Numbered from the stretch's first letter, positions 1 to 10,444 are shown. The stretch: DNA of 64,000 bases from Sedimentisphaerales bacterium (GCA_963663805.2 CAXXMR010000003.1:128001-192000), one strand, 5' to 3'. Translations and numbers: made by a program. Notes: generated from the letters alone by a model not told the origin.

Positions 1-1937
1 GGCAGGTCAGAGATAATATTGCGATCAGTTTTCAGTCGACGTAAAATATACGGCCCAGCCAGCCGCCGTAACGGAGCGAACTGATCATGTTCGCGATTCT
101 CAAGAGCCTTGACAAAATTTTTGAAAACAGTTACTGAACCCAGCAGGCCCGGATTGAGAAAGTCGAACAACGACCATAAATCACCGAGCCGATTTTCTAC
201 CGGCGTTCCCGTTAGAGTGATCCGGGACTGGGCGGAAAGTTTCTTCGCGGCTTTGGTTTGCCGGGTCGATGGATTTTTAATCGCCTGAGCTTCGTCAAGG
301 ATTACCAGCCGCCAGTTAAACTCCTCCAGCCAGGATTGACGCGTCAACATGGAATATGTTGTTATTGCCAGATCGGTCTGGGCTAACATTTCCTCGGGTG
401 ATTTAGCGATCTGATTGATTGTGTCGCGGTCTGTTTCAGCCGGATGTAAAAAGGTTAGTTTCAATGACGGAGCAAATCTCTCCGCTTCACTGCGCCAGTT
501 ACCCAGCAGTGAAGCGGGTACAATCAGCAATGAAGGTTTGTTTGTTTTTTTTGCGTTAGTCTTCTGGCAGCACAACAGCAATGCCAGAACCTGAATCGTT
601 TTGCCCAATCCCATGTCATCTGCCAGGCAGGCACCCAGGCCAAGTTCTGTCAGAAAACACAGCCAGGCGAGTCCATCTTTTTGATAAGGTCGCAACGTGG
701 CTTTCAATTTTGTACCGGTATTGACCATTTCCAGCCTGCCCGGTTCACGCAGACCCGTGAGAATCTTCCGCAGCGAATCACCGGCCGAAACCTGCACCCA
801 TGATGTCTCCCGGTCGGTTTGTTCCTCATGTTTTAAATCCGCCGATGCTCCAGCCAGCATCCGCATCCCTTCGATAAAGGAAATTTCACCATTGTGAGCT
901 TGTTGGCGGACTTTCTGCCAATGGTCAATCGCTTCCTGCAATTTCTCGCGATCAACCTCGACCCACTGTCCCTTAAACAATACCAGTCCGTCTTCGCTGC
1001 CGGCCAGAAGCTCTTGGATTTCCTCCGCCGAAAGCTGTTGGCCTTCCAGAGCAACTCCCACATTAAAATCCAGCATCGCATCGGCCCCGAGAGTGGATTT
1101 GCGTTTCTCGCCAATGGTTACCGAAACTGCCGGGCGAGCACGTTTTTTCCACCAGTCCGGCAGTCGAACCGTCAGGCCGGCCGCTTCCAGTTCCGGCACA
1201 TCTTGCAGAAAACGATATGCCACCTGTGGCGGCCAGGCCAGCGGTTGATAGATGTCACCGGATTCCACGAGTCTCTTAACCCATTTGAGCTGCTCACTGG
1301 CCTGTTGTACCGGAGACAACAGTTTGATCAAGACCAAACGATTATTCTCGCCGGCATACTGTTCCAGAGCTTTTCGCAGCGGCAGATGTTTCAACCGTCC
1401 GCCCGCACCAAAACCGGTCGAATATGTGGCCATGAACGCAAAGGGATATTCGTGATCAGCCTTGTTTTCCGCCAGGTGAAAACAGACCCGACCTACCTGC
1501 CGCCATTTAGACGCATGTTCCTGCAGAAATGCTTGAAGACCCTTACCCGAACTAATCGTCAAACGAACCCACTTGTCCAGTTGGCTCCATATCTCCTCAA
1601 GAACACTTACGCTCAGATATTCCCCGCCCGACATCGGCGGTGCCGTCAGCAGCAATGTCGAATATTCCGCGCAGGAGGGAGGTTCTATAAGCAGGTCATC
1701 CTTCGCCGTTTCGGGCATATGACACAGCTTTGTCAGATACTGAGCCGCCAGATTTTGCCAGTATCGCAAGGTAAGTGAATTGCCGGTGTCATATTTATCA
1801 GCAGCGAGTGTGAACAATCCCCCATAACAGTTCTTCTCAAAGACTTTTTGTAAACCTGATAAAGCAGCGGTCTCAGTTTGCCCGGCGACAGTATCCCAGC
1901 GCAACTGTCCGGTTGGCGTAAGTCTGATTTCTCCCAT
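1..1937 (-). CDS. SNF2-family (SF2) helicase, 3' end outside window
   Basis: Hand translation from ATG 1937 (MGEIRLTPTGQLRW...) gives motif I LGACLADDMGLGKT (~600-640), LDEAQ (~285-300) and LTGTPVEN. Absent from the ORF track because it runs off the edge. Confidence 0.9.
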   Translation of the reverse strand, partial: MGEIRLTPTGQLRWDTVAGQTETAALSGLQKVFEKNCYGGLFTLAADKYDTGNSLTLRYWQNLAAQYLTKLCHMPETAKDDLLIEPPSCAEYSTLLLTAPPMSGGEYLSVSVLEEIWSQLDKWVRLTISSGKGLQAFLQEHASKWRQVGRVCFHLAENKADHEYPFAFMATYSTGFGAGGRLKHLPLRKALEQYAGENNRLVLIKLLSPVQQASEQLKWVKRLVESGDIYQPLAWPPQVAYRFLQDVPELEAAGLTVRLPDWWKKRARPAVSVTIGEKRKSTLGADAMLDFNVGVALEGQQLSAEEIQELLAGSEDGLVLFKGQWVEVDREKLQEAIDHWQKVRQQAHNGEISFIEGMRMLAGASADLKHEEQTDRETSWVQVSAGDSLRKILTGLREPGRLEMVNTGTKLKATLRPYQKDGLAWLCFLTELGLGACLADDMGLGKTIQVLALLLCCQKTNAKKTNKPSLLIVPASLLGNWRSEAERFAPSLKLTFLHPAETDRDTINQIAKSPEEMLAQTDLAITTYSMLTRQSWLEEFNWRLVILDEAQAIKNPSTRQTKAAKKLSAQSRITLTGTPVENRLGDLWSLFDFLNPGLLGSVTVFKNFVKALENREHDQFAPLRRLAGPYILRRLKTDRNIISDL

Positions 1938-2267
1938 AATATTCAAAACCTGCCTTTGATGCTGGCCTTCATATTAATGTCCGCTTTCTGATCCATAAAA
2001 GACTGCCTTTCTGCCTACAATACAGACTTTGACCAGTTTTTCAACCTTTTAGAGATGATTGAGATATCACATTTTGCTGATGGGGATTTTCTACGCTATT
2101 CTACCAGCTTCTACAAGGTCTGCCCCCTGGTCTGGCCCTAATCAGGCTCGCCCAGAATTAATACAAAGTTTCCAGAATTAATGCCCCATCGCCTTGCATT
2201 AGGGCGAAAAGGACTGTAATGTTAATGCAGAAATTGAATGTAAACCATTTGCCAGAAAGGAATTACA

Positions 2268-2441
2268 ATGTAAACGAACAAAAGAATCACGAACCACAAA
2301 AACTACCATCCCGCCGATTACCAGTATCTCCGGGAAAAGGGTTATACCGACGCGGAAATCCGGGCCATCTGGGACCGCGACCGCGAAATGGGACACGGGC
2401 CGCAAAGTCACGCCAATAACCCCTTCTTCACCACCAAATAA
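2268..2441 (+). pseudogene. Small protein gene with a stop at codon 2
   Basis: GAAAGGA RBS, then ATG TAA, then an open frame TNKRITNHKNYHPADYQYLREKGYTDAEIRAIWDRDREMG...TTK* that ends just before the next gene. Confidence 0.55.
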
Positions 2442-2459
2442 AGAAAGAAAAACCGGACC

Positions 2460-2729
2460 ATGAAAACTTACCCCAACTTCACACACGACCTGATGAGATT
2501 CAAAAACCAGATTACCCGCTGGGAAAACGAGGGAAAGCGGGAGACAGACCCCGAACTCGCCGAGATGTTCGCGATGGATGCCGGCGACCTGCGCAAGGTA
2601 CTCCGGCACCTCCGCAAAAATCAATTCCAGGCCGCCTGGGATACCCTGGAAAACCTCGACACGCTGGTCCGCGACCAGGTACCCCGCCGGCTCTATAACT
2701 TCATCGCCCAAGAGAATGGCTACTGCTAA
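2460..2729 (+). CDS. Small hypothetical protein, copy 1 of a tandem duplication
   Basis: 89-aa ORF, near-identical to 2766-3034. Confidence 0.75.
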   Translation: MKTYPNFTHDLMRFKNQITRWENEGKRETDPELAEMFAMDAGDLRKVLRHLRKNQFQAAWDTLENLDTLVRDQVPRRLYNFIAQENGYC

Positions 2730-2765
2730 GAAACGAAATTCAACTAACGGAAAGGCATCCGAACC

Positions 2766-3034
2766 ATGGAAACCTACCCCAACTTCACAAATGACCTGAA
2801 GAGATTCAAAAACCAGATTACCCGCTGGGAAGATGCGGCCCAGCGGGAAACGGACCCCGAACTCGCCGAGATGTTCGCGATGGATGCCGGCGACCTGCGC
2901 AAGGTACTCCGGCACCTCCGCAAAAATCAATTTCAGGCGCCTGGGATACCCTGGAAAACCTCGACACGCTGTTCCGTGACCAGATGCCCCCCAGGCTCTA
3001 CAACTTCCTCGCCCAAGAGAATGGCTACTGCTAA
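2766..3034 (+). pseudogene. Tandem paralogue of 2460-2729 with a 1-nt deletion near 2938
   Basis: CAGGCCGCCTGG in copy 1 versus CAGGCGCCTGG here. Restoring the C gives ...FQAAWDTLENLDTLFRDQMPPRLYNFLAQENGYC*. Confidence 0.8.
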
Positions 3035-3052
3035 CAGAAAGGTAAAATTGTC

Positions 3053-3325
3053 ATGGAAATTATGGAAATCAAATTCGCCGGATTCACTCCCAAAGGCTGC
3101 TATGTACCCGCCACCTTCGCTGCCATCAGCCGTATCCCGGGCGAAAAGCATATCCGCATGAAACTTATCAGCTGCGACGGCGAGCAGGATTACCACTGTG
3201 CGGCCAACGATGAAAAAGAAATCTGGGACCTGGCCCTCAAGCTGCAAAAGCACCTCGATGGGCACGCGGGCACCAACTCCATGATTCACGATTACTACCG
3301 CCAGCTGCAGTCGCTGGCTGACTGA
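3053..3325 (+). CDS. Small hypothetical protein
   Basis: GAAAGGT RBS; tightly packed with co-oriented neighbours. Confidence 0.65.
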   Translation: MEIMEIKFAGFTPKGCYVPATFAAISRIPGEKHIRMKLISCDGEQDYHCAANDEKEIWDLALKLQKHLDGHAGTNSMIHDYYRQLQSLAD

Positions 3326-3343
3326 ACCAAAAAGGAGAACTTC

Positions 3344-3586
3344 ATGCCTTCCTATCCAAACCATAAACCCGCCCTCACGAAGATGCAGCAGCGGCTGCTG
3401 GCGGAGATTGCCAGCCTTACCGACTGGCTGGCCTGCAGTCTGGAAGACTGCGAGGATGAGCAGCCCAACTGGCAGAATGTCGATTCGCTCCAGCAAATAC
3501 GCTTCAGCCTCATCGAGAACCTGGTAATTATCTCGGGGTTGAGCAAAACCCAAATCCAGCGCAGCCTGGCTGAGTTGTATATGTAA
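3344..3586 (+). CDS. Small hypothetical protein
   Basis: AAGGAG RBS; co-oriented array. Confidence 0.65.
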   Translation: MPSYPNHKPALTKMQQRLLAEIASLTDWLACSLEDCEDEQPNWQNVDSLQQIRFSLIENLVIISGLSKTQIQRSLAELYM

Positions 3587-3610
3587 ACCTGTAATTTCCG
3601 GAGAACTATC

Positions 3611-3805
3611 ATGAACCCCACAGAAAAGAACCGTATTTTTGAACGTATCGTTCGCGAGGAACTGGAAATTACCACTCTGGAAGCCCGCCACAGTGACGAA
3701 GAAGACTTCCACAGCCTGGCTGTCTGGGAAATTCAAACCATCATGGAGCGGGCCTTTGAGGCCGGCTCCGCAGCGGCGCGCCGCACCCGCCGGAAAGGAA
3801 ACTGA
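3611..3805 (+). CDS. DUF6900-like small protein
   Basis: LEITTLEARHSDEEDFHSLAVWEI...AFEAG matches the TLE.R.SD..DFH...VW signature as I recall it; GGAG RBS. Confidence 0.75.
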   Translation: MNPTEKNRIFERIVREELEITTLEARHSDEEDFHSLAVWEIQTIMERAFEAGSAAARRTRRKGN

Positions 3806-3808
3806 ACC

Positions 3809-4033
3809 ATGCCGAAGAACGAATACGACCCTGCCCCGCTGGTAAATGAAATTCGCGAAAATCTCTCGCCCGAGGCCGTCGCTGCCATCGTGGCCTGGCT
3901 GATGCCCGCCGAAACTAAAGACGAGCAGGTGAACCGCGAGATTGGCTGGTTCCGGGAACTGCTGGGTAAAGAAATTCTCGGATTCGGCAGCTGGGACAAC
4001 TACAACCGTATGATAGAAGAATTGGGCTTGTAA
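3809..4033 (+). CDS. Small hypothetical protein
   Basis: GAAAGGA RBS; follows the previous gene by 3 nt. Confidence 0.6.
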   Translation: MPKNEYDPAPLVNEIRENLSPEAVAAIVAWLMPAETKDEQVNREIGWFRELLGKEILGFGSWDNYNRMIEELGL

Positions 4034-4084
4034 TATTTCAACCGGGGCCCGGCCAGCCCGAAAACGGCCACAGGAGAACAAATC

Positions 4085-4588
4085 ATGAAGAAAAACGAAG
4101 TACAAATCCACGCCGTCTACCTGGTCAAAGTGGGAAGCAATCTCGCCCAGGTCGAGATTGTCAGCGAACACCCCAACGGCGGCTGGGAAGGCAAAAGCCT
4201 CAAGACCGGCAAGGCCATCAGGATTAAGAGCAGCCAGCGGCTGAGGCAACTTGTCGCCCAACCCGCCGCCCCAGCTAAACAGCCCCGCCGCAATACCAAC
4301 GCCCCGACAACTGCCGACACGGGCGAACCTGGCGCGACTGACGGCCAACGCAAACCCCTCTCGCTGCTCAACGCCGCTGCCATCGTGCTCGAGGCCTGCG
4401 AGAGGCCGCTGAGCTGCCGGGAGATTATCGAAAAGGCCCTCGACGCTGAAGTCTGGCAACCAGGCGCCGGCAAGACTCCCGCTAACACCCTCTACTCTTC
4501 CATCCTCAGAGAGATAAAAATCAAGGGCTCGGCGTCCCGCTTTGTCAAGGCCGAGCGGGGTAAGTTCGCCCTGAACTCTCAGGCTTGA
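4085..4588 (+). CDS. Protein with C-terminal HARE-HTH (winged-helix) domain
   Basis: SLLNAAAIVL...PLSCREII...W.P..GKTPANTLYSSILREI...RF.K..RGKF; AGGAG RBS. Confidence 0.8.
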   Translation: MKKNEVQIHAVYLVKVGSNLAQVEIVSEHPNGGWEGKSLKTGKAIRIKSSQRLRQLVAQPAAPAKQPRRNTNAPTTADTGEPGATDGQRKPLSLLNAAAIVLEACERPLSCREIIEKALDAEVWQPGAGKTPANTLYSSILREIKIKGSASRFVKAERGKFALNSQA

Positions 4589-4634
4589 ACCAGCAGTTAT
4601 CGCCCCTGAAACGCGGAATAAATCAGCTAAAACC

Positions 4635-6084
4635 CAATCCTGTTCGGCACATTTATTGCTTTAGGCTTTTGGCCTCCTGTATTTTTTTTAAAAAAAACCC
4701 GAAATATTAAGATAGGTAATTTGCGCTCGAGGGATATTTATGCTCTAATAGGAGGCATGAGTGCTAAGCGTCAGAAAATCAAGGAGCGGGACCTGCGTGG
4801 GTTCAAGTATTTCAAGTCCCTCTCGGCTCTGCTGAAAGGTCTTCACTCGGCGGGATGTGAGCGGGACCGGGCCGGCAATCGCACATTATTCATGGACCAG
4901 TATGTCAGTCTGCTGCTGTTATACATGTTCAATCCGATCTGCAGTTCCATCCGGTCTTTGCAGCAGGCCGGCGAGCTCAAAAAGGTACAGCGGCTGTTGG
5001 GTTGTTCGCGTGCTTCGCTGGGTTCGCTTTCGGAAGCATCCCGGGTTTTTGAGAGTTCTTTGTTAGAGCCGATAATCGCTCAACTCACTGAGCAGTTAGG
5101 GCCGATATCTCAGGACAAAAAACTGGAAGTCGGTCAGGTCATTACCCTGGTGGACGGCAGCAGTATTCAGGCTTTGCAAAAACTCACTCAGGCTGCCTGG
5201 GACACCGACAAACCCGGAATTAAAGCACACACTCAGTTTGATCTGGAAAAATATGTGCCTCTGAAAATAAATATCAGTGAAGACAAGTCTGATGAGCGAA
5301 AGGTTTTTTTAGAGAATCTTCAGCCCGGCCGGATTTATGTCAATGATCGCGGATATGCCTGTTTTAAGCTGTTTCAGGCCATTGTGGATAGTAAAAGCTC
5401 TTTTGTCTGTCGGCTGCGTGAGGATACGGTTTACGAAACTATTCAGGAAAAACCTTTAACTGAAGATGCTCGAAAAGCGGGGATAATTTTTGATCGTACG
5501 GTAATCGCCGGCAGCAGTGAAAAACTGCGGGAAGATTTCAAACAACCGTTTACGCCTGATAGCGGTTGAATGTCAACCGCATTTGAAACGGGGCCAGGGA
5601 CCACGTCAGAGTGAGATGATTTTGATTGCCACCGACCGGCTGGACCTGGACGCCGAAGTCATTGCCCTGCTCTATCAGAAACGCTGGGCCATCGAAATAT
5701 TTTTCCGCTTTTTTAAGCATGTGCTGGGCTGCCGACATCTGCTAAGCCTCTGCGAAAACGGTATCGAACTGCAGATGTACGCCGCGATTATCGCCTGTAT
5801 GCTGATCAGCCTGTGGACGGGCAAAAAACCAACTTTAAGAACCTACGAAATGCTCTGCTGGCACCTCTGCGGCATGGCCGACGAGCAAGAAATGCAGAAC
5901 CATATCAATAAACTCCAAAGCCAAAACTAAGGCCGATCCTCAAAAAAATCGCCGCTGCCGCTGATGCTGCGCCAAAATAACCAGTGCCGACAGTCCCACT
6001 GAGGGATAATCCCCGCTAAATCATATGAACTGCAAAGACCACAGAAAAACTGTATTTGAGCAATAAATGTGCCGAACAGGATTG
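4635..6084 (+). mobile_element. IS4-family element, copy 1 (transposase frameshifted)
   Basis: 26-bp perfect TIR CAATCCTGTTCGGCACATTTATTGCT; 9-bp TSD GCTAAAACC (4626-4634, 6085-6093); near-identical to 42402-43850. Confidence 0.95.
4757..5930 (+). pseudogene. IS4 DDE transposase with an extra T near 5550
   Basis: LVDGS, NDRGY and YQKRWAIE (Y-R-E) motifs; CCGTTTACG here versus CCGTTACG in the intact copy. Confidence 0.9.
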
Positions 6085-6117
6085 GCTAAAACCGGCTTTT
6101 TAGCCGAATTATTCAGC

Positions 6118-6160
6118 TTGACAGGCGTAAGTACGATATATATACTATGTATATATAACT
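6118..6160 (+). promoter_or_regulatory. Sigma70 promoter and palindromic operator of the TA operon
   Basis: TTGACA-17-TATACT, with TATATATAC-TAT-GTATATATA overlapping the -10. Confidence 0.6.
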
Positions 6161-6173
6161 GGGAGCTTGAATT

Positions 6174-6401
6174 ATGATTAAAAACCTGACCAAACACGGT
6201 AACAGCTACGCCATGGTGATTGACAAACCCATCCTGGATTTGCTCCGGGCCACCCCCGAGACACCCTTCGAGATTATCTCCGATGGGCGTTCCCTGGTAC
6301 TGACCCCGGTGCGCAGCGCCAAAGAGGAAAAGAAGTTCGAAGCCGCCCTGACCATGGTCCACAAGCGGTTCGGCAATGCCATGAAGAAACTGGCGGAATA
6401 G
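6174..6401 (+). CDS. AbrB/MazE-fold antitoxin
   Basis: LTKHGNSYAMVIDKPIL; directly upstream of a Doc-like toxin. Confidence 0.85.
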   Translation: MIKNLTKHGNSYAMVIDKPILDLLRATPETPFEIISDGRSLVLTPVRSAKEEKKFEAALTMVHKRFGNAMKKLAE

Positions 6402-6404
6402 ACG

Positions 6405-6794
6405 ATGTCTGCTACTCCGTTGTTCCTGGACCTGGCTCATATTATGCGTCTCCATGCCAGCTTGATCGAGCATTATGGCGGCATCGAGGGTACGCGCGAT
6501 ATGGGCCTGCTCCAGTCGGCCCTCGCCCTGCCCCAGGCTGCTTACGGGGGTGAATATCTGCATGAAGATATCTTCGCCATGGCCGCAGCATATCTGTATC
6601 ACCTGGTGCAAAATCACCCCTTTCTGGACGGCAACAAGCGTGTCGGGGCCGCTGCGGCGATTGTGTTCCTGGCGATCAACGATATCCAAATCGATAACGA
6701 CGAGGAGGGGCTGGTTGAGATTACTTTGGAGGTAGCCCAGGGCCGGGCCGGTAAAGTCGAAATCGCCGAGTTCTTTCGCAGTCGTGTCCTGTAA
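6405..6794 (+). CDS. Doc/Fic-family toxin
   Basis: HPFLDGNKR Fic/Doc motif. Confidence 0.9.
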   Translation: MSATPLFLDLAHIMRLHASLIEHYGGIEGTRDMGLLQSALALPQAAYGGEYLHEDIFAMAAAYLYHLVQNHPFLDGNKRVGAAAAIVFLAINDIQIDNDEEGLVEITLEVAQGRAGKVEIAEFFRSRVL

Positions 6795-6799
6795 GCTCA

Positions 6800-7281
6800 T
6801 CAGTTTGCCTCCTCTGCCGCAATCCGCTCGGCCTTTTTTCCGGAGAACTCCTCGTACCTCAAAACTATGACATCGCAGTAGGCCTGATCCAGCTCCATCA
6901 GGAACGCCCGCCGTCCGGTCTGTTCGCAACCGATGAGCGTCGAGCCGCTGCCGCCGAATAAATCCAGGACATTCTCGCCCGGTTTGGAGGAATACTGAAT
7001 GGCCCGCACCGCAAGTTCGGTTGGTTTTTCGGTGAGGTGCACCATGGCCTGAGGATAGACTTTTTTGACATGCCATAAATCCGTGGCGTTGTTAGGGCCG
7101 TAGAATTTGTGACCACCCTTGACAGATTTTGAAGGTAGCCAGCCGTAAAATGCAATCTCAAATGCACCCATCATGTCCTTACGGGTGAGCACGGGATGCA
7201 GCTTGTCCCAGATCACAGCCTGCGAGAAGTACATGCCCGCTTCAGCGATGGGTTTGGGATAGTTGGCCAGATTGGCATACC
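6800..7281 (-). CDS. ParB-DNA methyltransferase, 3' exon
   Basis: YANLANYP...HLTEKPTEL...VLDLFGGSGSTLI (motif I of a beta-class N6/N4 MTase). Confidence 0.85.
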
Positions 7282-9597
7282 ATAGAGTAGAAGCTGAGCG
7301 CGTAGCCTGTTCACGATGAACAGGTACGTTTCTCAACAGCCCTCTCCGAACCGTGCGAGCGGCTTTGACCGCACACGGCTCTCCAGTCGTCAACATCATC
7401 ATGACTTGCCTCCCACCGTATAGAGGTACGGATGGGGCTTGCTGCCGATGCGACCTGCGACCGAAGGAAGACGGCGCTTCGGGATGGCTTTGCAGATCAG
7501 CCATTCCGTTCGCAGTTCGCCGTCTGTTGTCTGCTCGGTGGCGCACCAAGTCTTCTTGCCTTCCACCATGTGCAGGCTGTTGGCGGGGCAACGTCGCACC
7601 CACCGCTGCGCAGCCTGTTTGATGGTCAGCCGGTGCTTGCGGGATACGTAAGATGCATACGCCCAGAACGTCTTGTGTAGGACGTAATTGAACACCTTGC
7701 TTGGTACGGAGACGCACGAGTAGTACATCATCCAACCGCGCAGAGAGCTGTTGATCTTGCGTATCACTTCCGCTTCCGAGAGACTCTGCTTCGCGCAGAT
7801 GTCACGGACCGTGTTCACTTTCGCCGCAACGGCGTTGTACGGGATCATCATCTTCACAGAAGGCGTGCACAGGGTGTCGCGCTTTCGTGCGGCGAACTTG
7901 TACCCAAGGAATACGAAGCCGTCGCTGATATGCGTGACCAGCGTCTTTTCCGGACTCAATTCGAGCCGGAGGCTGTCCCGCAGCCATTCCGTGAGGCGTT
8001 GTTTGATCCTTTCCGCTGTCGTCTGCGACATGTTGCGGAGCACGATCACGAAGTCATCGGCGTACCGAACATAGACGATCCGAGGCTTGATCGGCTTGAT
8101 CATCCGAGGCAGTGAACGACGCTTCTTGAGCAGTGCGGCCAGGTCCGCTTCGACGGCGGCCCGTTCCTCATCACTCAATTGGTCTCCGCGTCGGCGGAGC
8201 CTATCGCGACGCTTCCCGATTCGGTTATCAACCAATCGGTACTCCGGATTGATCCTGTCCCGGACCTCCTGTGGCGTCTCACGGCATCCCTGATTGGCCC
8301 CAATCTGTTCCACCACGAACTGATCCAGTTCATGAAGGTAGATGTTGGCCAGTGTCGGCGAGATAATGCCGCCCTGTGGAGTCCCTTCTTTCGTCGGGTT
8401 CCACATGTCGCGGTCGAAGTATCCCGCTTTCAGGAAGTTGGCGATCAGCTTCAGGAGGCGGTCGTCCCGTATCCGCTTGTGCAGAAGCTTCAGCAGAATA
8501 TGGTGCGACACATGATCGAAGAAGCCCTTGATGTCTCCTTCGACCACCCAGTCCATCCGAACATTCGGACAGTCCTGTACGGCGTGCAATGCCGTGTGGC
8601 ATCCCTTGCCGGGGCGGAATCCGTGCGAGCAATCCAGGAAGATTGGCTCGTACAACGCCTCCAGCACGATCTTGACCGCGCTTTGAACCACGCGGTCTTC
8701 GAACGCGGGAATACCCAACGGCCGGAGCTTCCCGGACTTCTTCGGGATGTACACACGCCGTACGGGTTGGGGCTGGTAGTTCCCGTCCCGCAGCGCGGCC
8801 GAGAGGGATTCGACCTTACCGATTGTCCAATCGGATGCGGTCTGACCATCGGCCCCCGGCGTGCGACTCCCCCGGTTGCCCTTGATCTGATCGTAGGCGA
8901 ACCAGAGGAACTCCGGCTTGGCGATTTCCCGATACAAGCGGTCGAACCGCTTGTTCGTGTCCTCGCCGGCAAGTCGTGAGAGTCTGTGAATCCAATGTTC
9001 CACGTTCATGAGGTCATGCCCTCTCGTTGGCTTCTTGAATTCACTGACAACCTGTTCCCCTTCGCTCGGCGGGACGTTACCCCGCTTCATCGCTACTACG
9101 GGAACTCTGCCACCTGACGGACATTCCGATACGGACTCGGTCAACCATCCCGTCAGGCTTCTCCGGTAGTTACGTAAGCATTTGTCCGATGGACGTAGGC
9201 TCCTCATTCGCGCCATAACATGCGAAGCATGCCTGTTGGAACCGGCCTTCTGATTGAACGGACCTTCGGCCCGGGTGCCGCAAGGGCAACCTTTCCCGCC
9301 ACGGGGCGGTGTGGCGGTACGGTTCCATCGTCCCGTCGTCCTGAGTGAGACGACCGTACATTTCACGGCCAGACGCTGAGGTTCAGTTGTGACAAACTTA
9401 GCCATATCCATCTATCCTTGAGAAGCCTCCAAGAACGTTCAGGACCGTTCAGTGCTTCCCGTTGTGCCTCCGGGTACTAACCATCCACCGCATGTCCTAA
9501 TGCGGCAAACGCCGGAGGTAGGATCGTGATACCGTTCTATCACGACGGTTACGTCGCATTGCGACGCCGCTTACTTACGCAACCCGAACGGACGTCA
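7282..9597 (-). mobile_element. Group II intron inserted in the methyltransferase gene
   Basis: Domain V GAGCCGTGTGCGGTCAAAGCCGCTCGCACGGTTC (~7347-7381); domain VI with bulged A 7 nt from the CUCUAU end; removal rejoins FYIWG-G-YAN in frame. Confidence 0.9.
7399..9009 (-). CDS. ltrA: Group II intron reverse transcriptase/maturase, no HNH domain evident
   Basis: RRVYIPKK.GK.RPLGIP, GDIKGFFD, TPQGGIISP, YVRYADD; long insert between RT4 and RT5. Start placed at ATG 9009 behind AGAGGG. Confidence 0.9.
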   Translation of the reverse strand: MNVEHWIHRLSRLAGEDTNKRFDRLYREIAKPEFLWFAYDQIKGNRGSRTPGADGQTASDWTIGKVESLSAALRDGNYQPQPVRRVYIPKKSGKLRPLGIPAFEDRVVQSAVKIVLEALYEPIFLDCSHGFRPGKGCHTALHAVQDCPNVRMDWVVEGDIKGFFDHVSHHILLKLLHKRIRDDRLLKLIANFLKAGYFDRDMWNPTKEGTPQGGIISPTLANIYLHELDQFVVEQIGANQGCRETPQEVRDRINPEYRLVDNRIGKRRDRLRRRGDQLSDEERAAVEADLAALLKKRRSLPRMIKPIKPRIVYVRYADDFVIVLRNMSQTTAERIKQRLTEWLRDSLRLELSPEKTLVTHISDGFVFLGYKFAARKRDTLCTPSVKMMIPYNAVAAKVNTVRDICAKQSLSEAEVIRKINSSLRGWMMYYSCVSVPSKVFNYVLHKTFWAYASYVSRKHRLTIKQAAQRWVRRCPANSLHMVEGKKTWCATEQTTDGELRTEWLICKAIPKRRLPSVAGRIGSKPHPYLYTVGGKS

Positions 9598-10444
9598 CTC
9601 CCCAAATGTAAAAACTGGCCCACGGTTTCATGACCCGGGCGGCATTATTGAACCACGCGGCCAGCAGTTCATCGAACTGTTCTTCAGAAATGAAATCATT
9701 GGCCAGCGGGCGGTCCTTGGCCCGCATTTTTTTGGTGGTGCCCGCAGCTTTTCCCGGGTGACGCTCGACATCAAAGTTTTGATGATGCGTGTTCGAAAAT
9801 GATGACAGACCCGCCGCGATGGCGTTGTTGCTGCGTGGCTCCACCGCGACATTATAGGGCGGGTCACAATATAATAGTCCTATTTTATTATTGGATAAGA
9901 GCTTATCCAAATCAGACTCGCTCGCCGAGTCACCGCACATGAGACGATGTTCACCCAAAATCCAAATGTCACCGGGCTGGGTAATCGGGTCATCCGGCGG
10001 CTCGGGCACCGCATCGGGGTCAGTGAGCCCCTGTTTGATATCCACATCCAGCAGTTGGGTGAGTTCCTTGTCATCGAAGGCCAGCAGCTCCAGATCGAAA
10101 CCCACCTCGCGCAGCTCCGCCAGTTCGATGGGCAGAATCTCAAAATCCCACTCGGCCAGTTCCCCGGTTTTATTGTCGGCGATCCTATAAGCGCGAATCT
10201 GCTCCGGGCTCAGGTCCGTCGCCACGTGGACGGGGACCTTCTTGAGGCCCAGCTGCTGCGCTGCCTTCCAGCGGGTGTGGCCGCAGATAATCACGCCATC
10301 GGGTTCCACCACGATGGGGACTTTCCAGCCAAACTCCCGAATAGAGTCCGCCACCGCCGCTACGGCGCCGTCGTTAATCCGGGGATTCCGTTCGTAAGGT
10401 TTAATCGCATCCAGGTCCCGCAGTTCCACTTCAAACTTCTTCAT
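9598..10444 (-). CDS. ParB N-terminal domain / DNA methyltransferase, 5' exon
   Basis: PYERNPR...SIREFGW..PI...ICGHTRWKAA...YRIADNK (ParB) and DPPY (MTase motif IV). Confidence 0.9.

Noticed and set aside
894..1778. 294-aa plus-strand ORF
   Set aside because: Antisense shadow of the SNF2 gene.
2199..4459. Long minus-strand ORFs (243 and 508 aa)
   Set aside because: Shadows of the plus-strand small-gene array, which has the RBSs and recognisable motifs.
7399..9411. RT as a retron, DGR or defence RT, and the 670-aa start
   Set aside because: Domains V/VI and the split MTase identify a group II intron; the N-terminal extension runs through intron RNA.
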